Source: Candidatus Magasanikiibacteriota bacterium
GTDB taxonomy: Bacteria; Patescibacteriota; Patescibacteriia; Magasanikbacterales; GWA2-37-8
Reading direction: 5' to 3'
NCBI GenBank assembly: GCA_026396515.1
Contig: JAPLWQ010000002.1
Span: 125,575 to 189,574 of the forward strand
DNA length: 64,000 bases
The notes below the pieces were generated by a model. That model did not search any database, was not told the DNA's origin, and saw nothing but the letters and a program-made list of their open reading frames with translations. Both the position numbers and the translations under genes were made by a program. This document shows, one piece after another, positions 61,560-64,000 of this stretch. Positions within the stretch are counted from its first letter, which is position 1, and each line of letters opens with the position of its first letter.

Positions 61560-61961
61560 TCATGATTGAGCACCTTGCAAAAATCTAAACACTGTATTGA
61601 CTAATAAATAACTGGCTAAAACTACAATTAGTCCTATTATTGACCACATCATTGTTTGAGTACCCCTTTTTACTTTTTCTTCATTTCCAGCAGAAGTGAG
61701 CCATTGAAAACCGCCCCAAACCATCATAACAAGCGACAAACCGCCAACCAGCCCCAAAAACGACCTGATGACGGTGCCTATGATAACAGCCGGAGTAATA
61801 TCAGCATCTTTAAGAGCCTTACCTTTGCTGTCAGTCAATTGAATCGGATTTTCAAGGTCAACCGTTTCTTGCGGCGTGGAAGTTGCCAAGGCAGCCGGTA
61901 CGATAACGGCGAAGCAGCTAAATAGCAGAAAAAAAACAAATATTTGCTTTAAATATCTCAT
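61560..61961 (-). CDS. VirB2/TrbC-like pilin
   Basis: LENP; GGFQWLTSAGNEEKVKRG. Confidence 0.8.
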   Translation of the reverse strand: MRYLKQIFVFFLLFSCFAVIVPAALATSTPQETVDLENPIQLTDSKGKALKDADITPAVIIGTVIRSFLGLVGGLSLVMMVWGGFQWLTSAGNEEKVKRGTQTMMWSIIGLIVVLASYLLVNTVFRFLQGAQS

Positions 61962-61966
61962 ATATT

Positions 61967-62863
61967 CTAACCAATCTTTGTAAGAATAGTGTTAACGATC
62001 ATATAACTGCCGGTCATCGCCAGAATGCCAAAAGTAGTCCAAATAAGAATCTTTTTTGCTTTTGTAATTTTTTCCGCAGTACCGCCTGCTGACATCCATG
62101 TAAATCCGGCATAAATATATAAAATGAGAGCAATTGACCCCATAAACGCGAGCAATATATTTACACCGCTCGCGAGCAAACTATATGGCGAACTGATCTT
62201 CATCGGATTCAATTTCTTCGCGCCAGCTACCAGCGAAGTGATACCTTGTGGCTGTTGCGGTGCTGGCTTTGCCGTATCTCCGGTTTTTGCTTCATACATA
62301 TCTATCACGTCCACCGGCGCTAAGATGTTTACGTCAACAGTGCACGGTGTTATGCAATAATCACTTGAATTCCTCAGTAAACATTTACCACTAACAATGC
62401 AACCGTTACTTTCAGTTTGTGCGTACACCGTATCGGCAAAATTCAAACTCTTGCCCGACTTTACTCCAATGGTATTACTCAAGAACGTAATTAGAGCATA
62501 GGCGCTAAAAGCAATTACCAGGCCAACTACTGCGGCGGTTATCGCACCGGTGCCCTTTTTAACCTTTTCCTGGTTGCCTTGAGACATTATTAAAATAAAA
62601 CCGCCATAAACAAACATCAAAAGCGCTAACGCGCCGATAAAACCAAAAATATAGAGGCCGACATTAATAGCAAACGTGATAAAAATGTCAATTTTGTCGC
62701 AGCTCTTATCAATACTGTTCCCCAACAAACAAGACGGAATAATTTTACTTGCACCCTGGGAAGCCGATGACCCCGATGGAGTGCTGGTGGCTAAACAAGG
62801 AGCGGCAAATAAAAAACTCGCTCCGATTGCCATCAAAATAAAAATTTTTGAAAACATTTTCAT
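61967..62863 (-). CDS. Tandem two-domain VirB2/TrbC-like pilin
   Basis: Two cores: YGGFILIMSQGNQEKVKKG and YAGFTWMSAGGTAEKITKAK. Confidence 0.75.
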   Translation of the reverse strand: MKMFSKIFILMAIGASFLFAAPCLATSTPSGSSASQGASKIIPSCLLGNSIDKSCDKIDIFITFAINVGLYIFGFIGALALLMFVYGGFILIMSQGNQEKVKKGTGAITAAVVGLVIAFSAYALITFLSNTIGVKSGKSLNFADTVYAQTESNGCIVSGKCLLRNSSDYCITPCTVDVNILAPVDVIDMYEAKTGDTAKPAPQQPQGITSLVAGAKKLNPMKISSPYSLLASGVNILLAFMGSIALILYIYAGFTWMSAGGTAEKITKAKKILIWTTFGILAMTGSYMIVNTILTKIG

Positions 62864-62864
62864 A

Positions 62865-63998
62865 CTATCTTAATGTCTGGCTAACTTTCGCGGCAGCGCG
62901 ATTTAGCACTTCCTGGCCCCACTGCTCTTCTCGGCCCGAATAATTCGGCGGAACCGACATCCATTCAGTCACCATATCTTTTAAGGCCTGCACCGCCCCC
63001 TGATAATTTGTTCCCCGGTACCAATTTTCCGCGATTAACAGTTGCGACACAAACGGGCTCAAATCAATATCTTCTTTTTGTTTATTAACCAAATTTCTAA
63101 GTGCGGTCGGCCGTTTTGTCTTATTCAAATAACCTTCCGTAGCTTGCGAATGTGTCATATAGTTTATCAAACCCCAGGCCTCGCTCGGATGCTTTGATTT
63201 TCCCACTACTGTCTGGATCCAATAATTTGCCGCATTGGCCGGCTTTTCCGGGTCAAGCTGAAGCATAGGTAAAACACCATAATTCAATTGCGGAGCGCGG
63301 GCCTTAATTTGAGAATTGTGATAACTATAACCGATAAAAAAAGCGACCTTACCTTGTATAAAGCTCTCTAAAGAGTCGTCCATTGATTCATTCCAAGAAT
63401 ATGTGTCGCGAGTGGGGTTGGCAAAGTCAGTATAAAAGGTCATAACGGATGCCGCCGGCGATTCAGCCCCTCCTAAATTGGATGGGGCGACATTAAAGAT
63501 GGCGCGGTTATCCCGACTGATAACTTCAACATTGCTTTGCTTGAATAAGGTGTACAAAATATCATCAATGCCGACCACATTGCCGGCGCTCCCCATAGCC
63601 ACGCCTGATTGAATAATTTTTCCGGTATCAGCACTATATTTTGATATTTTTCTCACTGCGGCCTGAAACTCCTCCCAAGTCGTCGGCGGTTCAGCGACCT
63701 GCGACCTGTCCAATAAATCTTTGTTGTAATAAATCGCCATGGTATCGAGCGAGAGAGGCAGGCCGTAAATCTTATTATCAATAATCACGTCTTTTTTTAC
63801 CGTCTGTAAATACTCGCGGTCAATTCCAAAAGCCGTGGGCATAGCCACCGGCCGGGTGGTAACTATGGTCTCCACTTGCCCGATTAAATTTTTTTGATTA
63901 AGCATGGTGGTGTCAGAAATGCTTGGCGGCATCGTTGCCAGTTTGCTCTGAAATTTTCTTAATTCACGTACATGCACGGAAACAATATCCGGCCCTTT
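62865..63998 (-). CDS. Extracellular solute-binding protein (sugar ABC family 1-like), 5' partial
   Basis: KGPDI, IYGLPLS.D...YYNKDLL, PTTWEEF, F.QGKVA; frame stays open to the window edge. Confidence 0.8.
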   Translation of the reverse strand, partial: KGPDIVSVHVRELRKFQSKLATMPPSISDTTMLNQKNLIGQVETIVTTRPVAMPTAFGIDREYLQTVKKDVIIDNKIYGLPLSLDTMAIYYNKDLLDRSQVAEPPTTWEEFQAAVRKISKYSADTGKIIQSGVAMGSAGNVVGIDDILYTLFKQSNVEVISRDNRAIFNVAPSNLGGAESPAASVMTFYTDFANPTRDTYSWNESMDDSLESFIQGKVAFFIGYSYHNSQIKARAPQLNYGVLPMLQLDPEKPANAANYWIQTVVGKSKHPSEAWGLINYMTHSQATEGYLNKTKRPTALRNLVNKQKEDIDLSPFVSQLLIAENWYRGTNYQGAVQALKDMVTEWMSVPPNYSGREEQWGQEVLNRAAAKVSQTLR

Positions 63999-64000
63999 AT

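Overview
A chromosomal window, most likely from a Patescibacteria (CPR, Parcubacteria-like) genome. This is inferred from the tandem VirB2/TrbC-type pilins, the 23S-5S rRNA unlinked from 16S with a truncated L1 stalk, the SD-less AT-rich core genes and the tRNAs without encoded CCA. Core genes: ftsH, rpsA, gyrA, rpmF-nusB-rnc, pnp, rpsO, panD, 23S/5S rRNA and six tRNAs. Surface loci: a >1570-aa mosaic fibre gene missed by the ORF track (runs off the left edge), a WxL-like/cohesin/dockerin cluster with a PilB/GspE ATPase, and ten VirB2-like pilin genes, several with variable Cys-rich tails. The most striking elements are solitary GC-rich cassettes, each with its own promoter, strong Shine-Dalgarno and terminator. 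One encodes a full-length major vault protein (MVP) homolog (14021-16537). Another carries a Cys-motif protein followed by about 700 nt of densely hairpinned, apparently non-coding RNA. Its leader has a uORF/antiterminator/terminator layout like the one in front of the 23S rRNA gene. All assignments come from motif recognition by eye; no searches were run.
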